A DNA stretch of 20,000 nt, taken from assembly GCA_008632985.1 (NCBI GenBank), contig QPGO01000290.1, forward strand, positions 47,236 to 67,235, read 5' to 3'. A program made the translations under genes and the position numbers. The stretch is from Psammoneis japonica (Eukaryota). This document shows positions 1 to 9,468 of the stretch, one piece after another. Numbering within the stretch: position 1 is the stretch's first letter; the number at the start of each line of letters is the position of its first letter. The notes beneath the pieces are model-generated. The model was given only the letters and a program-made list of their open reading frames with translations, made no database searches and was not told where the DNA came from.

Positions 1-350
1 CTGTGTTGCGAGCGTGCAAGCGCTGTGTCAGCCTGCACAGACAATTCAAACCATTTCATGCAATCAACCAAGTGCCACACACCCGAAGCAACTGACACAA
101 GAACTCTCCTGCTCAGGGGTGGCCTGCTCTGCTCTGTGGTCTGTGGGGCACTGCAGACCGAACGCAGTGGGCGGTTGACATGCAGATGACAGCTGCCAAG
201 TTTGCCTGCCCTGGTCCATCTGCGGCACTGGGCTGATGCAAACAAAATGTTCTGCTGCACATTCTGCCATGCAGGCATCAGCGACAAACCCACACACAAG
301 CTCTTCAGCGACAAACTTGCGAGCCAGCCTTCGCTGCGCACAGCCGTGCC

Positions 351-437
351 AGAGGAGCCACCACCTCAAAAAATCTCAAAGACAAGAAGTTCACCACAAG
401 CAAAGCCACGCAAGAGGAGGACCACCTCAAAAAATCT
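351..437 (+). repeat. Short imperfect direct repeat (~25 bp x2)
   Basis: agaggagccaccacctcaaaaaatct (351-376) and agaggaggaccacctcaaaaaatct (413-437). Confidence 0.75.
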
Positions 438-689
438 TTGAGACGAAAAGAAAAAGTTCTGCAAAAAATTCTGCCAAACACTCTACCTGAGCAGAAAGAA
501 AGGCCGGCGTGCGGTGGGGAGATGGGGCATTTTGCTGTTTTTCAGACATTCTCCATGACCAAACAAGTCATTCTGACACAGTGCAACAGTCAAGATTGAA
601 TGTTGCAACAAATGCAAAGTGTGTCAAAGCCTGAAGCACTGGATGAAATGCATTCGTTGATCTCTGGGACTGAAGCGCTTCTCTGAAAA

Positions 690-1054
690 GTTGAAAAAGC
701 TCACCTTCGAGTTGAAAAAAGTTGAAAAATTTCACCCCCAAGTTGAAAAAAGTTGAAGAAGTTTACCTTGTTTCTCTTTCACAGTCAGCCACAGACTTTG
801 CCCGCAACATCACATGGTGAAAATGGGGCCAAAGTGAAAAAGCTCACCTTCGAGTTAAAAAAAAAAGTTGAAAAAGTTCACCTTTTTGAGTTGAAAAAAG
901 TTGAAGAAGTTCACCTTCAAGGTGAAAAAAATTCTCTTTCACAGTCAGACACGGACATTTCATGGACGTTGCACACAACATCATGTGGTGAAAATGGGGC
1001 CAAAGTGAAAGAGTTCACCTTTGAGATGAAAAAAGTTGAAAAAGCTCACCTTCG
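690..1054 (+). repeat. Tandem repeat: ~31-bp unit nested in a ~160-170-bp higher-order unit
   Basis: Unit gttgaaaaagYtcaccttcgagttgaaaaaa at 690-720, 721-751 and onward (~8 full or partial copies). The spacer ttctctttcacagtcag...ggtgaaaatggggccaaagtgaaa occurs at 772-839 and 932-1010. Confidence 0.9.
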
Positions 1055-1615
1055 CAATGAAGCAAGGCTGCCATCGCCAAATGTCTTGGCTGGCAAGCAA
1101 GCACATCTTGTTCATGTCAAGCCATGACATGTGCATTTTACACTCTCAAGTGCCAGTGTTGAAGGGCAAGTTCATGTGAAAAGAGAAATGCGCGGGTTGT
1201 TTCTCTTCAGGGAGTTGGCCATCAAAATTGCAAAAATGCCCGATCTCCTGGCAGAACATTTGACAAAGGCACACAACAAGTGCTGACATTTCTGCTTGTG
1301 TGAGTTTGCTTTCTGGTGGAAGAATGTGACTTCTTGGGTGGAATTTTGGTTGTGATGGCATGGCATGTCATCTCCATGGTGGAACAAAGAATTTTGATGC
1401 GACATGCACGTCTGACAGACCAAGGTGCACCCGAGTGAATTCACATGCCAGCTGGGTCTTGAAGTGGCAAAGTCACCCTCAAAAGCATCACCATGGCTGA
1501 ACAAACATGCTTCCAGTGTTGTTGGATGTCCTGTCATCAACCCGTGTGAATCTTGTGGCATCTTGGCTTGAAATGATCTGACAGAGATGTTTTGCAACAA
1601 CAAGAAGCAGTGGTT

Positions 1616-2373
1616 TCAGTGTCTGAAATTCTCACCCAAGTCAAGCAGGGAAAGCTGAGAGCAATGGATGCCAAAAAGCTTTTTGAATCTAAAAGAAATT
1701 TGCCAGAACATGAGGTGTTGAGAGGTCATTTGCCAACTGGGATCACAATCATGGGATCCGAGTGAGATTTTCTCAAGACAGCAAAACAAGTCATGGCACA
1801 CAGCAGTTCTTGACAACATGGTGCATCATGTCAACATCTTGATCAATGACAATGACAACAAGAAGAGTGTGGCAAGAGCAAACATGATTGTGGCCACAAG
1901 AGTTGACCCAGTTCAATCAGACAGAAATGCTGCACAAGCACGGAAACACCACCTGTCATGAAGTGTCGCACACATTGCATCCATGCAGGCATCTGCTCTT
2001 GACTCTCTGGAAAAAAAAACCATCAGTGATGACTCACATGACAAGCCAACAACTGTTGTTGCATGTGCAGGAACCACTGATTTTCTGGTGACCATCACGT
2101 TGGAGTTGGCAGGTTGCTTCCAAGGCTGCAGGACCCATCTGTGAAAGGCATCATTGCATGTGCCAGCATGGATGGTGCCTTGTCCAGTGTTGTTGGTGGT
2201 CTCATGAGTGTGCCTGTGATTGTGGCTCCAACCTCAATTGGTTGTGGAACAGCTTTCGGAGAGGGGGCTGAGAGCATTGCCAACCATGTTGAGTTGCTGT
2301 GCTCCTGGCATTGGGGCAGGTTGTCAACATTGACAGTGGTTTTGGCACAGCTGCTCTTGCACTCAAAATGGCG
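1616..2373 (+). pseudogene. larB: LarB/CpmA-like (PurE/AIR-carboxylase fold, nickel-pincer cofactor biosynthesis) pseudogene with frameshifts and an internal deletion
   Basis: Collinear LarB motifs across shifting frames: SVSEILTQVKQGKL..A; FANWDHNHGIRVRF (cf. FAxLDHxRxxRxGFPE); IVATRVD; VVACAGTTD; IIACASMDGALSSVVGGLMSVPVIVAPTSIGCG (cf. AGMEGALPSVVGGLVxxPVIAVPTSVGYG); GLRALPTMLSCCAPGIG; VVNIDSGFGTAA. Gene ends are approximate. Confidence 0.88.
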
Positions 2374-2568
2374 TTGTTCCTTTTCTCAGGCAAAAACAGG
2401 GTTGATGGAAAATGCTCCAATGGCCCACACCATAGAATCGCCGTGGATGACGAACTGTCTCTAACGCTGCAAAAAGTGTCAGTGGTTCCCAACACACAGG
2501 TGAGCTTGGCTGGACCAAGCAGCTGCAAAATCAAGGACAACAGTGCCAGTTGAACCAAAAGCCACCTG

Positions 2569-2609
<41 letters not shown>
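2569..2609 (+). repeat. (CT)n microsatellite, ~20 units with one interruption
   Basis: ctctctctctttctctctct... read directly from the sequence. Confidence 0.97.
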
Positions 2610-2610
<1 letters not shown>

Positions 2611-3178
2611 AATGAAGGGCTCGAATTTGCTTGTCAACGCCGGATGCTGCTGCGTCGGTGTGGTGGTCTCTCAACATTCCAGGTCACGCTTCTGTTCAGA
2701 GCTCATCTTGCTCCCAGTTCTCCTCTTCATGCTGGGGCCCTTTCCAATGTGTGTGAATGAATGGGTTTTCAAACCTTCCCCATCATTGTCGTTGTTGTCC
2801 AGAGCCAGCACTTTTGCACATCTCTGGCGAGTTTTCCTCCCAGAGAAGAGTTTCCGAGTGAGGTTCACTGTTGTCAGACCTCGACAAGAGGACTTTGCCA
2901 ACAGAACATGTGAAGACATCACCCGCAGGAGGGAATCAACGTCTCTTGTGGTTCCACCAGTTCCACCGAGTGAGAAAGGTTGTTCAATGCGACCAGCTTG
3001 GCGACAAGAGCACCTCGGACCGTCTGTCTGCCCCGGTGAGCGGTGGGACGACCACTCGCAACAAAACAACAAAAACGACGACTCACTTGCTCTCTGCTCC
3101 GGCAGATGATGAGAAGAAGGGCACGTCCCCTCGAAAAAGTCGGCCAACCCTTGTTCAAGGTTTGTCAATTGCAACAGG

Positions 3179-4141
3179 ATGGAACGCCACCCACTGGCAC
3201 ATGCAGTTCGTGAATCAGGTGACGGAACGATGTCCGGTCACAATCCGACGGTGCGGGGAGACCCAAGTTTCATCTCCCGCGCTGGTGTTGATCGTGGTGG
3301 ATTATCATTTGTGCAATCCCGCTCAAGACCCTGGGTGCCCATTATGCCATCCATGACACAAGCCTCCCAAGCAACGCATGCAGAGTCATCGTCATCATCA
3401 TCGTCAACTGGTGTAGTAGACGGGTCAATGTTGCCGCCGCCCAATGGTCGCGTTGCACCACTGCTGCCGTTCTGGAATCATCCTCCAATGGTACCGAACG
3501 TCCACACAAATGTTGTTGATTGTCGCCTTGCGCTGAACGTCAACGCAAGCGTTCCATCTGCACCTGTTCGTGGCTTTACGCCATCGCTACCAAAGCCGCC
3601 GAGCTTTCATGCATCCTCAAAGTTTGTGGATATGTCTCCGGCAGGAGGGTTTGCCACTGTGCCTGTTCTCAAAGTCGATGAGAAGGTTCTTAAAAGACGA
3701 GCTTACATGCCAAGACAGAGTGAGGAAATTTCCCGGAAAAAGAAGGCAAAGAAAGCTCTGGTACAAGAGAAAAAGAAGAAATGGAGCAAGAAAATTATTA
3801 AGCGGAAAGCTTTGACACCGGCACCAGCTGCTGTCACTCCACTTGCTCCATATCTGATTCCAAAAAGCAGCATGCTTGAAAAAGACAACGCAGCTGCTGT
3901 GACTGAGACAGAAACAAGGGTAAAACAGAAGCATCAACTCTGTGAATTGGATAAATCAAACAGCACAGGTGACAGTCGAAACACTGACAAGGGGCGAGAT
4001 TTCAACGATTCACAAGGCAGCACTAATGAGCAGAGATTAATGAAGCTTGCAAAGAAACTCAACGTTCAAGTAGATTGGGTGCCGGATGATGAGTTGGACC
4101 CCATGGATGAGAGCTCTGGTTGTCCCACGGTGTATCTGTAG
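3179..4141 (+). CDS. Hypothetical low-complexity protein (Ser/Pro-rich, Lys-rich basic patch)
   Basis: 320-codon ATG-initiated ORF lying mostly in normal-TA sequence, so its length is not explained by loss of stop codons. No recognisable domain. Both ends are uncertain (possible intron near 4130-4190). Confidence 0.4.
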   Translation: MERHPLAHAVRESGDGTMSGHNPTVRGDPSFISRAGVDRGGLSFVQSRSRPWVPIMPSMTQASQATHAESSSSSSSTGVVDGSMLPPPNGRVAPLLPFWNHPPMVPNVHTNVVDCRLALNVNASVPSAPVRGFTPSLPKPPSFHASSKFVDMSPAGGFATVPVLKVDEKVLKRRAYMPRQSEEISRKKKAKKALVQEKKKKWSKKIIKRKALTPAPAAVTPLAPYLIPKSSMLEKDNAAAVTETETRVKQKHQLCELDKSNSTGDSRNTDKGRDFNDSQGSTNEQRLMKLAKKLNVQVDWVPDDELDPMDESSGCPTVYL

Positions 4142-4763
4142 CATGTTTTTTTTTGCTATTTCATGAGTTCTTATAGATGATTGACTTCAGGATGATCGAG
4201 AAGATATAACCATACCTGGCAATCGGTCTCAAGTCAGGACGGAACGCAACAACGAAAGTATTACATGCATGGAGTATCAGGTCCGATATGTTTAGCATGG
4301 ATTTGATACCCAGTTCTTCAAGCGGTATCGAAGCAAATGTGCAAAGACCAATGAATAGTCCATGTAGAAATATTTTTCCCTTTCCAAATATTATTCGTCG
4401 TTCCCAACATACGTCGAACTATTCCTTCCGCGGATTTTCATCCTTCATGTCTCGCCCATACGGTACAAGTATGGCCCTTGTGATCCCGGTACAAGTAGTG
4501 ATCTATTGTAGCATGGGAATGGAGATGGCATTAGCCACCACGATTTGCCTCATGTCGTCACAAATGGCAAAACCCGGGCCGACCAAAATGTCAAGTTGTA
4601 GTCGTACGTAGTTCCGTCGCGTAATCACGTGGTCGGAGCCGAGAGGCTTTCCGAAAAGGGAAATTCCAACACCGTAGGAATTCGCACTATTGTGCTCCCG
4701 CTTTTCCGGACGCGGCGAGTGAGATATGCATTAACAGACGACAAAAAAAGTGATGCTGTTATA

Positions 4764-5714
4764 TTATTTGAACACCGACAACTTCCCAAGAAACTCTTGA
4801 ATTGTTTCAAAGCTCATAAAGATGATACCCTGACCAGGAACAACCCGTCCCAAGCGAGGCAAAAGTCCAGCATAAAAGGCAGGGATGCCCTCCTTTACCA
4901 AAATTTGTTTGAAACAATCAAAGGTATTCTTGTATTGGGCAGCTTTTGTACCTTGCATGCGTGTCTGTTCAATACGGTGTATTTCGATGAAGCATGAGTC
5001 ACTTCCATTCATATCAAATCATCAAAACGTGCGTCGACTTACCTTTACGACGTCAAAAGGATTGTTTCCCAGTGTGCTGAAACACCCGGCGCTCATTCCG
5101 CCCAACAAACCCATAATGGGCGTCAGATTCTTTTCACCATCATTTGTAACAATCCGTTTGTATTCATTAAACCACATGAAACGCAATCCTTGATTTGAAC
5201 CCTGCTTTAGGGCCGTGGCAATTCCTCCTTGGTACACTCCGCGGATGCCTTCCGTTTTCAAAATATGCCCAAAGCCCTTGACAAAGGGCATGTTGAGTTC
5301 AATGCATTTTGTCTTTACAGTTTCCACTGGAGCCACAATGACGAGCGCTTCCGTCACACCGGCACCCAAACCCGCTACAAAATTTTTACCCGGCGTCAAT
5401 TTTCCTTGCGGATCTCTCAACTTGTCCTTGATGACTGAATTGAGTCCGAATCGAATACCCGCCTTTGGGATGCTTCCCAACAAGGTCGGTGCCAAGCCGC
5501 GATAGAGTGAGAAAAAGCCCGTCGTTTCGACTGTGTATTGGAGACCCGAAATCATTCCTGAATAGGGTAATTTGGCACCCTTGGTTTTGGATTGGAGTTG
5601 CAATTGTGTTTTGATAAATTCCATGGGCCACACCGCCGTGGCTTCCACGCCGCCGGCAATACAACCCGCCGCCATGGGCAAGAGCGGATTTTTCGTTTTT
5701 GTTTTTTCCGACAT
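4764..5714 (-). CDS. Mitochondrial carrier (SLC25), citrate/tricarboxylate transporter CTP1/SLC25A1-like; 2 exons (5714-5043, 4964-4764), ~290 aa
   Basis: Three PX[DE]XX[KR] signatures (PMEFIKTQ, PVETVKTK, PFDVVK|TR), plus PKAGIRF and KQGSNQGLRF typical of citrate carriers. A 78-nt GTAAGT...CAG intron (5042-4965) joins the exons in frame. Confidence 0.92.
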
Positions 5715-6355
5715 TTGAGCAGTTTGAAAATCAAAATCTAAATGGGAATATTCAAGAAATCAACAACGAAAACTGTCCGCTTCCTTTCAAACAATATCTG
5801 TCGGCAAGACGTAATGGATAATAACAACCCTGGACTGTGTGTGGTTGCTGGTTGCTGCTGCACCTGCTCTGTACAGTGGTTGTGTCTGGATCGGATCGTC
5901 GGCACTTTTTCTCGGTTTCTTTTCCCGCGCGAATTTCCGGATTCGCCAAAGATTCACACGGTCGAAGTACGAACGAATATGAATATTTTTTGAAATGAAT
6001 ATATAACATATTTATTTTTAACGGCATTTCAGATCCGAAAATTTATTTAACGTTACTGATGATCCAAAAATGTTTTGAGAGAATTCATTGGCTAACGGGG
6101 TTCCGTGGAGTATCCAGCCAACTGTCTTTTATACGTGATTATTGCATACTTTTGTACGTAATCGGTCGTTATCTAACGGCCAGCCACGCATGCGCTTGAA
6201 CACATCACAAGACTGAAAAATCGAGGGCGAAAGCATGACACGTCCCCTTCTCATCAGTCATTGCTTGTCATGCATGGGATCGATGACACCTCTAAAGTGT
6301 GATTACAAGTCATAATTCTTTCGATACGACTCTTGTTACCTTGACTTTGAGTCTC
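5715..6355. promoter_or_regulatory. Intergenic region between divergent genes (putative bidirectional promoter)
   Basis: Lies between the carrier ATG (5714, -) and the TLDc-gene ATG (6356, +), with an AT-rich core at ~5975-6060. Positional inference only. Confidence 0.5.
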
Positions 6356-7656
6356 ATGGTGCTTCCTATTCAAAAAGATCATCGGTATCAAGGCCAGTCC
6401 AACGAAAACGGCTGCTCCAGTGGCATGTTGTTGACGGATGACGCGCAACAGACAATAACATCAGTTTCAGAACTAAGAATCAACACTACTTGTGCTCGTG
6501 ACGACACTTTGTCGTCGCCATTATGCCTGGAACGAACGCTTTCGGAGAAAAGCTTTGATGAAAAGGATTGTTTCTTTTTACCCTTTGGTGGAAAGCATCA
6601 TCATAATAAAGAAAAACAGCATCAAGATATTGTAAAGGTACTGGCGGAAAAGACGTGCACATGGATGGAAGAATTAGAAGAGAAGCGACGAAGAGAATCG
6701 GCAGAGCATCGAATATCCCAAGCCATTCTTGGATTGAGGGCAGCGAGCGAACGTTCTAACAGCAGTGACTCTGTCTTGTTGCAAGAAGGAGCATCCTCGC
6801 CATTGCATGAGCTAGTTGGAGACGTGGGAGTGGCCATGTTTTCGCCTCTGACAAGACGGCCTTTGAACCACAACAACGAAACAACTCATGCAAAGAAGAA
6901 GAAGAAAAGAACACTCATCACGTAGAGTCGGAAAAAATCGAAGACACCGAGACGGATGACGACGAGTCGGAGGAATACTATGCAGTGCAAATCGAAGACG
7001 AACCGGATGCGGATTTGATTTCTTGTCCACGATTGTTGACACCCACCATGATGCAACAATTGGTGGATGACGACGCACTTCCCGAAATTTTAAAGTCCAA
7101 GACTTGGAAGCGCATTTTTGCCATTGGTCGTGATGGCGATGCGTTTTGTACCATGGCGCAACATTGTCACTCGTACAAGTATTCACTCGTTGTGGCTCAA
7201 ACACCAGAGGGTCATGTCTTTGGAGGATTTGCAACCGAACCGTGGACTCGTCGTCAAGACGGAGTGGGACGTTGTTTTTTCGGAAGTGGACAGTCCTTTT
7301 TGTTTACGAGTTTTCAAGACGAACAAGCCGAGTCTGTCGGACAAGATGATGGCAGTGATTGTTTCCATGATAGCAACATGAATGAACTAGCCGTATACAA
7401 GTGGACGGGGAACAATCGATATTGTCAAGTTTGCGACGTGGACAATGGATTGATTGCCATGGGCGGAGGCGGAGCCTTTGGTTTGACGATTGAAGAAAAC
7501 TTTACTCGCGGTGGTACGGGCAAATGCGACACGTTTGGCAACCCTCCTTTGATCCCGTCGCGTGACGAACGATTTGACATTTCCAACTTTGAAGTTTATG
7601 GGTTTGTCTCGTCGTCCCAATCGTTTAGTTCGGGCCGAGGCAGCCCTTCTCTGTAG
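6356..7656 (+). CDS. TLDc-domain protein (OXR1/NCOA7-like C-terminal domain); one apparent frameshift within 6811-6925
   Basis: TLDc motifs WKRIFAIGRDGDAF, GHVFGGFATEPW, FFGSGQSFLF, YKWTGNNRY, IAMGGGGAFGLTIEENF, CDTFGNPPL, FEVYGF. The TLDc frame is open back to 6811 and overlaps the upstream ORF that begins at ATG 6356. The 5' model is less certain than the domain. Confidence 0.85.
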
Positions 7657-7760
7657 TTTTATGGTGTCTCTAATTTTATAAAGAACCCTCCATAGATTCT
7701 ACAGCGAGATTGTGCTGGTTTAATTTACCATGCATGAACAGCACTCCCAGAATCACTTGG

Positions 7761-9422
7761 TCATGATGAACGGTTATTGCCTCGCCACTGAAACAAACCA
7801 TAGTACACGAGGCATGGAGGTACGCTGTCGTAAACTTTGCCGTGATTGGAGGGGTCCGCATAGTCCTTGAGTTTCCGTTGGTTGGTGCAATCTCTCAACA
7901 ACAATCGTACAGCACTCTCGTGCATTTCATTGCCGGCATAATTGACATTCAACACATAGAGTTCATCTTCGTCCTCTTCATTGTCATGTTGCTTGTTGTC
8001 GTCATAGTATTGCGAGATGTCTTTCATGGGTGTAAGAGACGCAAGAGGATTCTTTACGAGCGACATGCGAGGGCCAGGTGGAGTTGGCAACCAGCCCTCG
8101 GGACAAGCAGAATCCGTCACATCTACTACAACCTCATGACTTGACTCATCCGTAGTACTGTCATCCGTAGTGTTGTCCGACTCTTTGGCATTATCGTCCT
8201 CGCCATTGCGTTGTTCGTCCTCTTCTTCCGCCCCTTGTGTACCATTCACTAGACTGAATGCGGGTGGCGCCAGCAGGGTCGGAGGTAGAATGGACTGGGC
8301 TCCACCATTGCGTTCAAATTCCTGGATAATGTTGGGCAGCTCCGTCAAGAGTTTACCAAGCTTATCTCGAGCATTTTCAAAAGAATTGTTGACAATTGTT
8401 TCATTCCAACCTCCCTTTTTTGTAAGTAGCAAATGCTGCAGTGCCTGACAAGTTAATGAGGCATAGTTGGTTGCCATGAGGGAAATGTTAATGGAAACAC
8501 CCGCCTCGACGGTTTCCACCTTGTGCCACATGCCGGCGGGAAAGTACAAGGAATCACCTGCTTTTAAAACGATCGAACATTGCTCTCCACGAGCATTATT
8601 ACTCTTGCAGGATGGCTTGTCAAATTCAAACGTGGGACACGTCAGCCGTGCCGCTTTGAGCTGTGATTCCACAGCACGTGGTGCTGCATAGTGGGGTGTA
8701 CAACCTCGCAACGGATACTTGACAGTTCCCTCTTGGAGAGTCCAACGTTTGCTTCCACTGAGTTGAATTGTAAAATTTTCTTGAAAATCATAATGCCAAT
8801 CCGTCATGTGGGCACAAGTTCCCTGAAATACTTCGACTTCACCACGACCCATGCACGTTGATCGTTCTCCCGTTGGATCGTATTGACCACAACCAATGCC
8901 GGTTTCGGCAAGCATTCGTGAAACGAGCAGCTGTTCCAATGTTGGATTGGCACGACAATACGTGGCATGGCCAGCCTGGTGCAACGACAGTGCTGTCGAT
9001 GGATCCGAAATTTCAATACTTTCAATCAAATCTTGCTTTACAAGCCACACAAAGACGTTCTCCGAACTGGTCTCTGCGATAATCGACCCGGAATCCAAGT
9101 TGTACATGTATTGTTGAATTAATTTCTGGACGCGTTCGTCGTGGTTTCCCGAGGAAATGTGCAAGGCCTTTTTTCGAAAACAATGTTCTAGAAAATCATG
9201 GACGGATAGTGGAAAGATGAACGATTGTAGTAGCGAGGAATCCGACGACGATGGATCAATAATTGGTGCATTTTCGTGATTTGATGTGAGAGACAGAACC
9301 GGTATAGAGGGGGACAGCTCCTGCAGTCGGCGAGACGCATCTTGTTGTATCGTTTGAAAGCCGTGCTCTTCTTTTTCCGTCTTTTGTCGTTTGGTGGTTG
9401 GGCCGTTGCTGATGGATGCCAT
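7761..9422 (-). CDS. JmjC/cupin 2-oxoglutarate-Fe(II) oxygenase, ribosomal oxygenase (NO66/MINA/YcfD)-like, ~553 aa
   Basis: HxD...H triad: TDWHYDFQENFTIQLSGSKRW and LKAGDSLYFPAGMWHKV. N-terminal FLEHCFRKKALHI segment. First ATG at 9422; uninterrupted ORF. Confidence 0.88.
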   Translation of the reverse strand: MASISNGPTTKRQKTEKEEHGFQTIQQDASRRLQELSPSIPVLSLTSNHENAPIIDPSSSDSSLLQSFIFPLSVHDFLEHCFRKKALHISSGNHDERVQKLIQQYMYNLDSGSIIAETSSENVFVWLVKQDLIESIEISDPSTALSLHQAGHATYCRANPTLEQLLVSRMLAETGIGCGQYDPTGERSTCMGRGEVEVFQGTCAHMTDWHYDFQENFTIQLSGSKRWTLQEGTVKYPLRGCTPHYAAPRAVESQLKAARLTCPTFEFDKPSCKSNNARGEQCSIVLKAGDSLYFPAGMWHKVETVEAGVSINISLMATNYASLTCQALQHLLLTKKGGWNETIVNNSFENARDKLGKLLTELPNIIQEFERNGGAQSILPPTLLAPPAFSLVNGTQGAEEEDEQRNGEDDNAKESDNTTDDSTTDESSHEVVVDVTDSACPEGWLPTPPGPRMSLVKNPLASLTPMKDISQYYDDNKQHDNEEDEDELYVLNVNYAGNEMHESAVRLLLRDCTNQRKLKDYADPSNHGKVYDSVPPCLVYYGLFQWRGNNRSS

Positions 9423-9468
9423 GTTCAAGAACCAAGAAAGAGAAGGATGAATGGATTGGGTGAGGGTA

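Larger units (their letters stand above)
1..3302. other. TpA-depleted, TpG/CpA-rich hypermutated domain 1 (continues beyond the left edge)
   Basis: Hand count of about 7 TA dinucleotides in 3.3 kb (484, 764, 856, 1139, 1690, 2433, 2462), with none from 2464 to 3302. TA returns at ~25/kb from 3303. CpG is also low in ~1080-2400. Confidence 0.9.

Noticed and set aside
690..1054. CRISPR-like array, or the 124-aa ORF at 753-1127
   Set aside because: Units are directly tandem with repeated rather than unique spacers, there are no cas genes and the context is eukaryotic. The ORF is just the translated repeat.
1..3302. Classical fungal RIP or simple CpG decay as the explanation
   Set aside because: RIP increases TpA and depletes CpA/TpG, the opposite of what is seen. 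CpG decay does not remove TpA, and part of the TA-free zone keeps its CpG.
4288..4611. 107-aa ORF and an 11-bp repeat (cggtacaagta at 4461 and 4488)
   Set aside because: No recognisable domain or splice model, and the repeat is short enough to be incidental.
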